DNA from: a virus
Taxonomy: Duplodnaviria; Caudoviricetes
IMG/VR virus record: IMGVR_UViG_3300025011_000016
DNA: 64,000 nucleotides
Reading direction: 5' to 3' (one strand)
In this document: piece by piece, positions 52,692 to 63,166 of the stretch
Position numbering within the stretch: the first letter of the stretch is position 1
How the letters are laid out: each line of letters starts with the position of its first letter
Notes under the pieces: model-generated
Databases searched by the model: none
What the model saw: the letters and a program-made list of their open reading frames with translations, nothing else
What the model was told of the DNA's origin: nothing
Program-made: the position numbers and the translations under genes

Positions 52692-55358
52692 ATGCGAATA
52701 CTTTATTTATGTCTTAAGAATTATGCTAGTATATATACTGCAATGAAAAAGAAGAAATTAATATTGGATCTTAGTAAATCTAAGAATAGGATAGTGTTAT
52801 TAATTGGAGACAATGGTACAGGAAAGACATCAATTATGAGTGCACTACAACCATTTGCTTATTCAGGTAATGGTGATGTACGTAACTCTGAAGATTTAAT
52901 ACTACCTGAAGTTGATGGTTATAAAGAGATCCATATAGAAAATGGAGAAGTTGTTTATATCATAAAACATCACTATATTTATAATAAAACTACTGGAAGA
53001 ACTATTAAGAGTTTCATTACTAAAGATGGTATTGAACTAAATTCAAATGGTAATGTTAAATCATTTATAGAGATAGTATTATTGGAACTGGGTCTTGAAA
53101 TTGATTTTTTAAAATTATTAAGATTGGGATCGAATGTGACTAATTTCATAGATATGAAAGCATCTGAAAGAAAGAACTTTACATCTGAATTATTATCAGA
53201 TATTGACATATACTCACAATTTTATAAAAAAATAAATGAAGATACTAGAATATTAAAAACCGTGTTAAGATCGGTTATAGAGAAGATCGATAAATTAAAA
53301 ATCCTAGATGAACAAGATATAGTTAATGAAATATTATTATTGAGTAATAAATTAACTGATTTAAATCTAAAGAAAGATAATATTAATAGTTCTATGTGGA
53401 CTAAACGAGGCGCTTTAGAAAGTCTAGTTCCAGAGGGAGTTAAAGAATTTTTAACTACATTAAATGATGAAAGTGAACAGGCTAAAGTTTTAGCTAATAT
53501 AATAAAACATGATCGAGATAAACTTAAGAAACTGGATGTAATAATTATAGATAGTGTCGATGATAGTTTAATGACTATCTCATCCAATATAAATAATAAT
53601 GAGAATTTGATTACCACCAATACTAATATGATAAATTTCTATTTTAAACAATTAGAAATCTATTTTACACAAAAAGACGAAAAAGAAAATAGTCTAAAGT
53701 ATATATCATCAGATTCAGAATATAGTAAATTAAGTGATATGTATCTACAGTTCAGTAAGACTAAAGAAAAATATGATAAATTATATAAAAATTATGTATC
53801 TAAATGTACTAAAGAAGATATGTTAACCGCTCTTAGACTAATGCAAGAAATTGATAGTTTCATATCCAATATCCATACATTTAATCATGATGGGGTAGTT
53901 AAAGTCATTGATCACATCATGAATAGAGATAACATTGATTACATAATTAAAGAAAATGTTAATGATATTGACAGTAAGATTTCCAATCTAAAACTTATGA
54001 ATTCAAATAATGATACTAATAAGAATAAAGTATTCATACTAATGAAACCAACAGAATGTAGAGTAAATAATTGCTCGTATATAAATTTCTATAAAACTAT
54101 GAGTGGGAATACAAATGAGACTCCAATTAGTAAAATTAAGAAGGATATTAATATATTAGAAGATAAAAGAGAATTCTTTTTATCATTAGGAGATATTAAT
54201 AAGAATATAGAGTATATATTACTTCTTATTAAATCAAATTCAGTTCTTATTAATAAGATGCCCGAACCATTCTTTGATATAACAAAATTATTAACCTCAA
54301 TTAAGAATTGTTTACCTTTCTTTAATGAAAATAAAGTAACTGCATATATAACTGCTTTAGAAGAATTAGAAGATTATAGACAGTTGAAAGATAAGCTTAA
54401 AGATATTAAAAAGGAATTAACCTTTATAGAGAAAAATGCCGTATCATTATCATCCATGAGAAAAGAATTAAGTGATTTAGATATTAACATTTACAAGATA
54501 CAAACGGATATAGAGAAATTAAAGACAGATAACTTAAAACTTACTAAAAGAAACGATAATTTTAGGGTTTTATTCGAGTCTTTAAGTACGTACAAAGAGA
54601 TATCTCTAAATATCGAGCTTAAACGAAAAGAACTAGAACGTTTGCTCTCGTCGATAGAAAATAAGAAAGGGATAAGTAAAAGGATCGAAGAATTTGTACT
54701 TTTCAAACAAGATCAAGAGAAAAAAATCATCGTGTTAAATAATGAAATAAAGAAAATTGAAGATAATATCAATAATAATAAATTTAAACTAAAAGAATTT
54801 GAGTTATTAAGTAAAGAAAGAATTCTTTTGGAAGATAAGTTTGACGAAATAAGTATTTTGAGAGAAGCTCTTTCATCTAATAAAGGAATGCCATTATTAT
54901 TTATTCAGTTATATCTTAAGAATACCAAAATGATAGTTAATAACCTATTGGACTTTATATTTAAGGGCGAATTAGAGATTGATGATTTTGAAATTAATGA
55001 TAAAGAGTTTAAAATCCCTTATATTAAAAATGGCATTAGAGTAAATGATATTATATCCACGTCCCAAGGTGAAATGAGTTTTGTATCTTTAGCATTATCA
55101 TTCGCATTAATAACTCAATCTATAGAGAAATATAATATATTATTATTAGATGAAATTGATTCGACATTAAGCCAAAAAAATAGACCTTTGTTTCTAAGCA
55201 TACTTGAAAAACAATTGGATATCATAAATGCTAAACAAGCTTTTCTTACAACACATAGTAATGTATTTGATAATTACCCAGTTGATCTAATAATAACATC
55301 AGATGTTAATATAGATAATTATACTGACGTTAATATATTATTTTCATATGCGGCATAA
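52692..55358 (+). CDS. sbcC: SbcC/Rad50 SMC-like ATPase
   Basis: Walker A GDNGTGKT, long coiled coil, signature-like SQGE, Walker B LLDEID and TTH. Confidence 0.88.
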   Translation: MRILYLCLKNYASIYTAMKKKKLILDLSKSKNRIVLLIGDNGTGKTSIMSALQPFAYSGNGDVRNSEDLILPEVDGYKEIHIENGEVVYIIKHHYIYNKTTGRTIKSFITKDGIELNSNGNVKSFIEIVLLELGLEIDFLKLLRLGSNVTNFIDMKASERKNFTSELLSDIDIYSQFYKKINEDTRILKTVLRSVIEKIDKLKILDEQDIVNEILLLSNKLTDLNLKKDNINSSMWTKRGALESLVPEGVKEFLTTLNDESEQAKVLANIIKHDRDKLKKLDVIIIDSVDDSLMTISSNINNNENLITTNTNMINFYFKQLEIYFTQKDEKENSLKYISSDSEYSKLSDMYLQFSKTKEKYDKLYKNYVSKCTKEDMLTALRLMQEIDSFISNIHTFNHDGVVKVIDHIMNRDNIDYIIKENVNDIDSKISNLKLMNSNNDTNKNKVFILMKPTECRVNNCSYINFYKTMSGNTNETPISKIKKDINILEDKREFFLSLGDINKNIEYILLLIKSNSVLINKMPEPFFDITKLLTSIKNCLPFFNENKVTAYITALEELEDYRQLKDKLKDIKKELTFIEKNAVSLSSMRKELSDLDINIYKIQTDIEKLKTDNLKLTKRNDNFRVLFESLSTYKEISLNIELKRKELERLLSSIENKKGISKRIEEFVLFKQDQEKKIIVLNNEIKKIEDNINNNKFKLKEFELLSKERILLEDKFDEISILREALSSNKGMPLLFIQLYLKNTKMIVNNLLDFIFKGELEIDDFEINDKEFKIPYIKNGIRVNDIISTSQGEMSFVSLALSFALITQSIEKYNILLLDEIDSTLSQKNRPLFLSILEKQLDIINAKQAFLTTHSNVFDNYPVDLIITSDVNIDNYTDVNILFSYAA

Positions 55359-55402
55359 TAAAAAAAGAAGTTGTGTATTAATACACAACTTCTTTTTATT
55401 AT
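55357..55402. terminator. Palindromic terminator after sbcC
   Basis: AAAAAGAAGTTGTGTATT/AATACACAACTTCTTTTT. Confidence 0.65.
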
Positions 55403-55602
55403 TCCAATATAAGCTCACAACCAAAATCTAATAAATCCTTTTCCTCAAAATAAACACCCCATGGTATAATACTCATTTCAAAAACCTCTTTCATATTATA
55501 TTTTTATTCTATCTATTAATATAATATATACTTGAATATATCAACATTACGAATCTTATAAATTAATGAGGATGTACATATTATGTACATCCTCATTAAT
55601 TT

Positions 55603-56850
55603 TCAATTATCTGTGGGTGAATACCATTCTATTACTTTATATGCTCTTCCAGATACATCAGTAGCATAGTTTCCATCATTACTAAATTTAATTTTACCAA
55701 CATCTCTCTTAGTTGGTATGGGGTAATCATTTATTTGTTGTGAGTCTCTATCTAGAGCGATAAAGTGCCATTCACCGGTGTCTATACATTTCTTTATATA
55801 GATTTGAACACCACGATTTTCATATTCAATATATTTATTACCGGCTTCACTTCTAAAGGGTCTATCCATACCATCAAGCCTATCTTGAATCATCTGATCG
55901 TACCTGTCGGTATCTTCATCATTATCTGACATACCCCGTAAGTTACCTAATAATTCACGGGGATCTAAACCCTCATCCTCTTTAGTATTACCATAATCTC
56001 TGATAAAGTTACCCCTACCATGACTAATAATTTTAGATAAATAAGCTGAAGCTAAACGATCATTACTATTACCACCTTCAGCTTCTTTAGTTTTAGCATC
56101 TACTTTGAATTTGAAATCAGTAACTATCTTCTTAACATTGGCTATCTCTTTTATAACAGATAATTTATTTACTTTAGATGCTAAAACAGTTTGTGCCAAG
56201 TCAGTTATATACTTACTGATACCACGAACTTTAGCATCTTCCATTTGTCGATATTTCTTTTCTAAATCTTTAGAAAATATATTAACTTCATTTAATAATG
56301 CGTATAAGAGAGTAAGTTCTTCAGCGAATTCTTTTTTATAGGGATTATCTTGCTTTTTAAGTTTATCATAACCTCGTCTTTGTTCATCGATAATACCATC
56401 TTCAATATCATCATCTTCATCTCGATGTAAGAGTTCATCAATATCAATAAGATTAGATAAGGCATCGTCATTTTTATTACCGATTTCATTCTCTTCTGAA
56501 AAATCAGTAATTGTTCCCATTGACATCATAGTTGCATTTAATCCACTATGTTTTTTATTCTTCTTTTTTTTCTTAGTATGTGATGAGAATAATATTTGTT
56601 CAGGTTCATCTTGAATAATAACTTGTTTAGATTCACTCTTAGGTTTTTCTTTAACTTCCTTTATTGGTTCTATAATAGGATTTATTTTTGCCTTAGGCTC
56701 TGGACTTTTAGGTTTAGTATATTCAGGACTATATTTTGTCTGATTAACAACAGGTATACGTTTTTTTAAAGATTTAATCTCAGAAATCATATCATTTCTA
56801 TTAATAGGCATATTAATTTGGATATGGTATCTTTCGTCCATAAAAACCAC
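55603..56850 (-). CDS. Hypothetical protein with acidic and basic low-complexity tracts
   Basis: Long clean minus-strand ORF with RBS AAGGG. Confidence 0.65.
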   Translation of the reverse strand: MVFMDERYHIQINMPINRNDMISEIKSLKKRIPVVNQTKYSPEYTKPKSPEPKAKINPIIEPIKEVKEKPKSESKQVIIQDEPEQILFSSHTKKKKKNKKHSGLNATMMSMGTITDFSEENEIGNKNDDALSNLIDIDELLHRDEDDDIEDGIIDEQRRGYDKLKKQDNPYKKEFAEELTLLYALLNEVNIFSKDLEKKYRQMEDAKVRGISKYITDLAQTVLASKVNKLSVIKEIANVKKIVTDFKFKVDAKTKEAEGGNSNDRLASAYLSKIISHGRGNFIRDYGNTKEDEGLDPRELLGNLRGMSDNDEDTDRYDQMIQDRLDGMDRPFRSEAGNKYIEYENRGVQIYIKKCIDTGEWHFIALDRDSQQINDYPIPTKRDVGKIKFSNDGNYATDVSGRAYKVIEWYSPTDN

Positions 56851-56989
56851 CCTTCCTTAGTAATATGTATTAATTATTATAATGAATGACATTGATCATG
56901 ATAAATGTTTATATATTATAATAAGGTACAGTTTGAATTATTATTTTCGTTTTAACAATTGTATAATAGAAAGGTGTTGATTTATATTT

Positions 56990-59900
56990 ATGGATTTCAT
57001 GAAAGGTATTAATAAAGAGAATGTCATGTTAATTAATATAATATATCATAATAAGAGAAAAGAGAATAATTATAATGATTACTTAGATATTATCACTAAA
57101 GATTTAACCACAGGTGAAAAAATACTTACAACTATCGAGAATCCTGAAATGGATATATATTTTACAAAAGAGGAGCATAGAAATTATGACTATAATAAGA
57201 ACTTTATGGAAATTGATAAGACTGATAGACATAGATTTAAATATAAAGATCTAACTAGATCCATAGCTAAAATGGCTGGGCCTAGTTATGAGAACTTCAT
57301 TAAACAATCTATAGAAACACAAAATTATGCTAGAATAAATAATATCCATAAATATAAATATGTATTTGGATCTGATGTTGATATTGAAAATTGGTATAGA
57401 ATTCAATGGTTATTAAATTATGATAATAATAAACCTAAATCCGTAACTAAGCTATTTCTCGACATAGAAGTCGACGGTCGGGATGTACCTGGATTCCCCA
57501 GAGATGGTGAAGTGCCAATTAATGCTGTAACGATAGTAGATGAATTTAGTAATCAATCATTTACATTCTTATTGGATAATCCATTAAACCCTCAAATAGA
57601 AGATTTTAAAAATGATGTGGAATCTTTTGTTGAAGAACTACATAATGATTTTGATGAATCATATGGGGAATTAAAATATAACTTATTTATTTATGATGAT
57701 GAAGTTCAAATGTTAATAGATGTATTTAAATTGATTAACACTCTGAACCGAGATTTCCTATTAGTGTGGAATATGAGTAAAATGATGCTCCTTATAAAGG
57801 CGACTTTATAAGAAAATTTCTTTAACTGCTGGAAACTCCTTAGAGCCTTTATTATCAGAGTATAATAATATAAAGGATTGGGCAATCAGCAATCAAGTTC
57901 AATAACAAACTAAGTTTTATTACATTTATTAGAGGAGGGTAAAACATGTATATAGTAATACGCAAAGATAAAGAAGTATTTAAATTATCAACTTATCCTG
58001 GGATTAAAAAAGATATGTATTCTATTAGTAACTACGGGTCTATACGTAATAATGTGACAAACGAGATATTTTTTCCAACATCGAGAAACTCAGCAGGTTA
58101 TGTACACACTTCTTTATGTACAGAATCATTTAAAGTTTACACTAGTGTTTTGGTATCACGTTTAGTTGCTTGGGAATTTTGTGATGGTTATGATAAGGAA
58201 CTAAATAGGGTGGAAGTCAATCATAAAGATATCAACAGGGCTAATAATTATTATGAGAATTTAGAATGGGTGACTCGGGGAGAAAATACTAAATTTGCCT
58301 ACGTGCATGGCAATCGTAAGGTGATAGTGCCAGATTCTAGGGGACCAAGAGCAAAGATACGCGGATCATTAAATCCCAAGAATGTTTTCAGTGAAGAGTT
58401 TGTACATGAACTCTGTCAGTTATTCACGGACGGTAAGAGCACTAAAGAGATATTAAAAATATTCAATACGAGTAAAAAATTAAATACACAACTCTATTCA
58501 TTACTCATGACTTTGAAACATAGAAAAGGATGGGGACATATTACGGAAAAATATGTATATTGATATTTGTTATTGAAAAGATTCAACGACTAGAGTGAGA
58601 ACTCGTAGACCCTTTTCATGGGGTGGACATAATAAGTCCTTCGCGAAATGGGAAACATCTCCGATGTGGAGATGAAGATATAGTCTGATATCTTAGGGAA
58701 ATCCTAAGGAAGTTCATAAGAGAACTGCGTAGTATAAAAAACTATGTGAACTGTTTGTTCGATGTGCCGTACATGATCGCACGTATGTTAGAATTAGGAA
58801 TGAATCCTGTTGAAGTGATGTGTCATAAAGATTTTAAAATACAAGAAGCTTTTTTCAAAAAAGATCTTCGAAATTTTATGATAGCTAATAAAGGAGATTA
58901 TTTTAAGATATCATCTTATACTGTATATTTAGACCAAATGATAGTATATGCCAGTTTAAGAAAAGGAGGTAGTCAGTTACGATCAAATGCTCTTAGCTAC
59001 ATTGCTCAAGTTGAAATTGGTGATGAAAAATTAGACTATTCTGAAGATGCTAATATCAAAACTTTACCATATGTTAATTACAAGAAATTCGTTAAATACA
59101 ATATCAAAGACGTTTTACTACAACTTGGAATTGAGAGAAAAACTCATGATATTGATAATGTTTATTTAAGATCGTATACAAATGTAACAGCTTATTCAAA
59201 AGTATTTAGACAAACGGTATTTTATAGTGCCGGTGATTCTTTAATTGACGGGAAACTCCTTATAGCTTCTTAATGAAGATTGGACAATCCGCAGCCAAGA
59301 TTCTTATAATAAGAATAAGGTTCAACGACTAGAGTATAACTCGTAGGTTTAATAACTGAAATGGGAAACCGATAGAATTTATTCTATTGAAGATATAGTC
59401 TATTATCCTAAAGTAATTTAGGGAAGTTCATAAGAGAACTACATTATCTTACAAATAATGTGAATTATAGGTTCTTAAAAAACAGAGCATTTTTAGAGTT
59501 TTATAAACAAGGTTTGATTATTGGTAATAATACCAATATTGATTATGGATTACCTCCTCAGATAGCTAAAGAAAAAGATGAGGATGATGAGAAATTTGCA
59601 GGTGCATTAGTTGGTGATCCTGAATTGAATAGTAAGACTGGTATAATGATGTTAGGAACTCCAAGTAAATACATCTATGATAACGTTGTAGATATGGATA
59701 GCTTTGTCCCATTATGTAGTAATATGTAATGAAAACTTCTTTAATTGACGGGGAACTCCTTAGAACTTCTTAATCGAAGATTGGACAATCCGCAGCCAAG
59801 ATTCTTATTATATAGAATAAGGCTCAACGACTATCCCATTGGTATTGAAATATACAACAGGAGTAGGGCTCAAATGAGTGGGTGAAATTCCCTTAAATCG

Positions 59901-60600
59901 AAATAAGAAGCATCTTATATAAGATGATGATATAGTCTGAACTCATATGAGAATATGAGAGAGTTTACTTTATATTATCTAATAAATAATATTAACAAAT
60001 TGATGGGTAAATATTGCTCATATAAAACTTCTTTAATTGACGGGAAACTCCTTAGAACTTCTTAACTGAAGATTGGACAATCCGCAGCCAAGATTCTTAC
60101 ATAAGAATAAGGTTCAACGACTAGAGTGTGACTCGTAGATATAAAGTTATATCGAAATGAAAAGCTCTCTTAATAAGAGATGAAGATATAGTCTAATATC
60201 CTATATAATTATAGGGAAGTTCATAAGAGAACTGTATAGAGTTACGATCTATATGAATACCATGGCGTTTTATCCTAATATGATTATGGCTTTTAATATA
60301 TCACCAAATTGTATAATCGGTAAATTACTCTTAGACACAACCATAGAAGACCTATATAATATCAAAGATATTGAAGCCGATATATATGATTGTGGGCGAG
60401 ACTTCGTAGATAACATGTTAATTAACAATCCTGGTAACATGGGCAGTAAATGGTTTAATCTTCCGAAAATAGAAGAACTTAATGAGTTAATACGAGAGAA
60501 GTTCTTAATGAATAAGAAGACTAAACTAATTATACCTGACTCATATAAAGATAAGTTATTTATTGAGAATCTAGTAATAAATATTAAAGGAGTGAAATGA
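56990..60600 (+). CDS. Family-B DNA polymerase, exonuclease + motif A part of a split enzyme; 5 exons / 4 introns (~606 aa)
   Basis: Exons 56990-57778, 58758-59218, 59471-59699, 60003-60008 and 60265-60600. ExoI FLDIE, ExoII WNMS|FD, ExoIII YNIKD and motif A VVDMD|MG|AFYP. Confidence 0.88.
57779..58757 (+). mobile_element. Group I intron pol-I1 with HNH ORF
   Basis: P1 GAGT/GCTC. Divergent core (AACTGCTGGAAA, AATCAGCAA), R GATTCAACGACTA and S AAGATATAGTC. Confidence 0.87.
57946..58563 (+). CDS. Intron-encoded NUMOD4/HNH homing endonuclease
   Basis: SRLVAWEF..NHKDINRANNYYENLEW. Paralog of 25080. Confidence 0.85.
   Translation: MYIVIRKDKEVFKLSTYPGIKKDMYSISNYGSIRNNVTNEIFFPTSRNSAGYVHTSLCTESFKVYTSVLVSRLVAWEFCDGYDKELNRVEVNHKDINRANNYYENLEWVTRGENTKFAYVHGNRKVIVPDSRGPRAKIRGSLNPKNVFSEEFVHELCQLFTDGKSTKEILKIFNTSKKLNTQLYSLLMTLKHRKGWGHITEKYVY
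59219..59470 (+). ncRNA. Group I intron pol-I2
   Basis: P1 CGGT/GCCG and core motifs. Confidence 0.87.
59700..60002 (+). ncRNA. Group I intron pol-I3
   Basis: P1 GGAT/GTCC and core motifs. Ends AAATTG. Confidence 0.85.
60009..60264 (+). ncRNA. Group I intron pol-I4
   Basis: P1 TGGGT/GCTCA and core motifs. Confidence 0.85.
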
Positions 60601-60601
60601 A

Positions 60602-61258
60602 ATGATTAATTCACCTATAATGGAATTAACCTCGAAGGACATTAAGAAGTTAAATGAATTCAATCAAATTGTAAAAAGAGTTTTTAATGGTATTTATATA
60701 TTTAGTGATGGGATAATTATGACTGATCCAGAAATAGGTAATAGAGTTAATAAAGGTGTTCATTTTGCAACAACTTCAATACAACCTATTGATAATATAC
60801 CGAGTAATTATTATATGTCTCTTAAATGTGATAAGATATTTAAATTCATTCGTGATAATAAAAAGAATATACGATATTTAACAATAGATGGAGGTGATTT
60901 ATATATTGATCTTAAAGATGAGAGTAAAGAAATTATTGGACGTATTTTTGATGCTGATGATAATCTTTATTTGAAGAAACGCGCCATATCAAACACTATA
61001 GAGTATCATAAAACACATTCATCATTAGTGTCTCAGAATGTTATTGAATCATTATCTGATAACGAAATATATACTTATGGTGATGATGAATATAGAGTCC
61101 GAATAACTAAGGAATTATTACCGGCTCTAAAGAGGGATATGAAAGTTAATATTTCATTCAGAGATGAAGTCGGTGATCCAACACTTTTTTATATTATATT
61201 ATCTGTGGATAAAGGTGATGTTATAACATATCATATGTATAAGTGTATAAAGTACTAA
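60602..61258 (+). CDS. Hypothetical protein
   Basis: RBS AAAGGAG, directly after the polymerase stop. Confidence 0.6.
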   Translation: MINSPIMELTSKDIKKLNEFNQIVKRVFNGIYIFSDGIIMTDPEIGNRVNKGVHFATTSIQPIDNIPSNYYMSLKCDKIFKFIRDNKKNIRYLTIDGGDLYIDLKDESKEIIGRIFDADDNLYLKKRAISNTIEYHKTHSSLVSQNVIESLSDNEIYTYGDDEYRVRITKELLPALKRDMKVNISFRDEVGDPTLFYIILSVDKGDVITYHMYKCIKY

Positions 61259-61373
61259 TATAAAATAATGGTATGAATTTAATTCATACCATTATTTTTT
61301 TTGCTAAATTTCACTAATTAAATTATTCAGGAACAGAACTATAATATATCATACATGAAAGGGAAGGTGTATA

Positions 61374-63166
61374 ATGGCTAATCCCAAAGATAATGATTCG
61401 AATTTAGTCAAAAAAGTAGAAAAACCTTTGGCTAAATTAAATACTCTATTTAATGATATCATGGATACTATTTCGTTTAACACTTTTAATACGGATAGTA
61501 AGCATGAGAAAGAATTACAGAAATTTGCTAAGGAAATTGATGAGGTTGTTTCCCAAGAAATTAAGAACTTAACCACATTTACGGGAGATGACATATCAAC
61601 TTTCTTAGTAAAATTATTTAATGAATATGATAATAATGCCAATACTGACTTTAAGAATATCGAAGATATATTCAATACAAAAGACAATAGTGTTTTTCAA
61701 TTCTTTCAAGATAAATATAAAAATGTAAATTTATTATATGATGATCTAAATATGATCTGTAGTAAATTATCGGAATTAAATGAAGCCGTCTTAGCGACTA
61801 GAGATGCTATTGTAACTTCAGACGATATAGGTCAATCGATAACGCGTACATTGAAATTTAAAGAAGTTGTTGAAAGTAATGAGAATACAAGTTATATAAA
61901 GCTTATTGAGAATATGGAAAAGAAATTTAAATTAACTCAGAAACTTAAGAATCATATCATTCCAAAAACACTTCAATATGGTAAGTATTATGCGTATATA
62001 ATACCATATGCTAAATTATTTGAAAGATATTACAATGATAAGGTAAAAGATGATAGAATGGTTTCCTCTTTAGAGTCATCAGTAACACCTGACTTTATAA
62101 CTGAAGTTAAAGAAAGTGTAAATGCTATATCTAAAACGAATATATTACCTAACGATATGTCTAAAGCACTAAAAGGTTATTTAGAAGGTATTGAAGTTCA
62201 TAATGATGAGATCGCAATTCCAGTTATTGAAGGAATTGATATCAGTATATTATTAGAGGATATGTTAGATGATCCTGATGAATTTAAATCAAATGTTGAA
62301 AAAACATTAAAGAATTCCACTAAGAAATCTAAAGGAAAAACTACTACCGATATATTTCCAGAATCAACTATTAATATGAAAAAATCGAATAAAGATAGTG
62401 ATTTTGTTAATATAAAAGGTTGTTATGTTAAGCTAATAGAACCTAGAAAAATAATACCTGTAAAGATACTTGATCAAGTAATTGGGTATTATTTTATTCA
62501 TGATACAGCATATGATACTCATAAATCCCCATTTACTACAACTATTAAAATGAATCCCGCTAATAATACCAATGATGCTGAAAATATGTTCTTATCTAAA
62601 ATAACAGATAAAGTTGTTAAAGCATTCGATAAAAGTTTTTTAGAAAAGAATATTAAGTTTAAAGAACTTATTATGAATGCTTTAACATATAATGATATTT
62701 ACAAAAAGCAACTAAAATTTCAATTTATACCTAAGGATTATATCCAAGAATTTACCGTTAATGAAGATGAGGAAGGTGAAGGTACATCTATATTAATGCC
62801 TTCATTGTTTTATGCTAAATTATACTTAGCGTTACTTATCTTTAAGATGATGTCTATCATCACTAAATCTAATGATACCAAAGTTAATTATGTAAAACAA
62901 TCTGGAATTGATACTAATGTTGTTAATAAGGTTCAAGAAGTTGCTCGGTCAATTAAGGATCGTCAGGTAAATTTCATGGACATATTGAATTATAATAGTA
63001 TTATCTCTAAGATTGGAGCTAATAAGGAGCTCTTTATTCCTGTGGGCCGCTCTGGGGAACGTGGACTTGAATTTGACATTATTTCAGGGCAAGAGATTTC
63101 CCTGAACACAGAACTAATGGAAATGCTAAAATCGAGCTTCATTAGCTTGACTGGAGTCCCCTCGGT
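61374..63166 (+). CDS. Probable portal protein, exon 1 (continues beyond the window)
   Basis: Large late-promoter gene. QYGKYYAYIIP, KSNDTKVNYVK and LTGVPS resemble T4-gp20-like portal landmarks. Interrupted by an intron. Confidence 0.5.

Noticed and set aside
2264-60264. Recurrent ~25-nt repeats (GGTTCAACGACTAGAGT, GGGAAGTTCATAAGAGAACTG) as a CRISPR array
   Set aside because: Irregularly spaced and always in P-Q-R-S order. They are conserved group I intron core elements with no repeat-spacer periodicity.
61374-63166. Chimallin (nuclear shell) identity for the ~600-aa ORF
   Set aside because: The late promoter and portal-like landmarks fit better. No chimallin feature was recognised, though this cannot be excluded without an HMM search.
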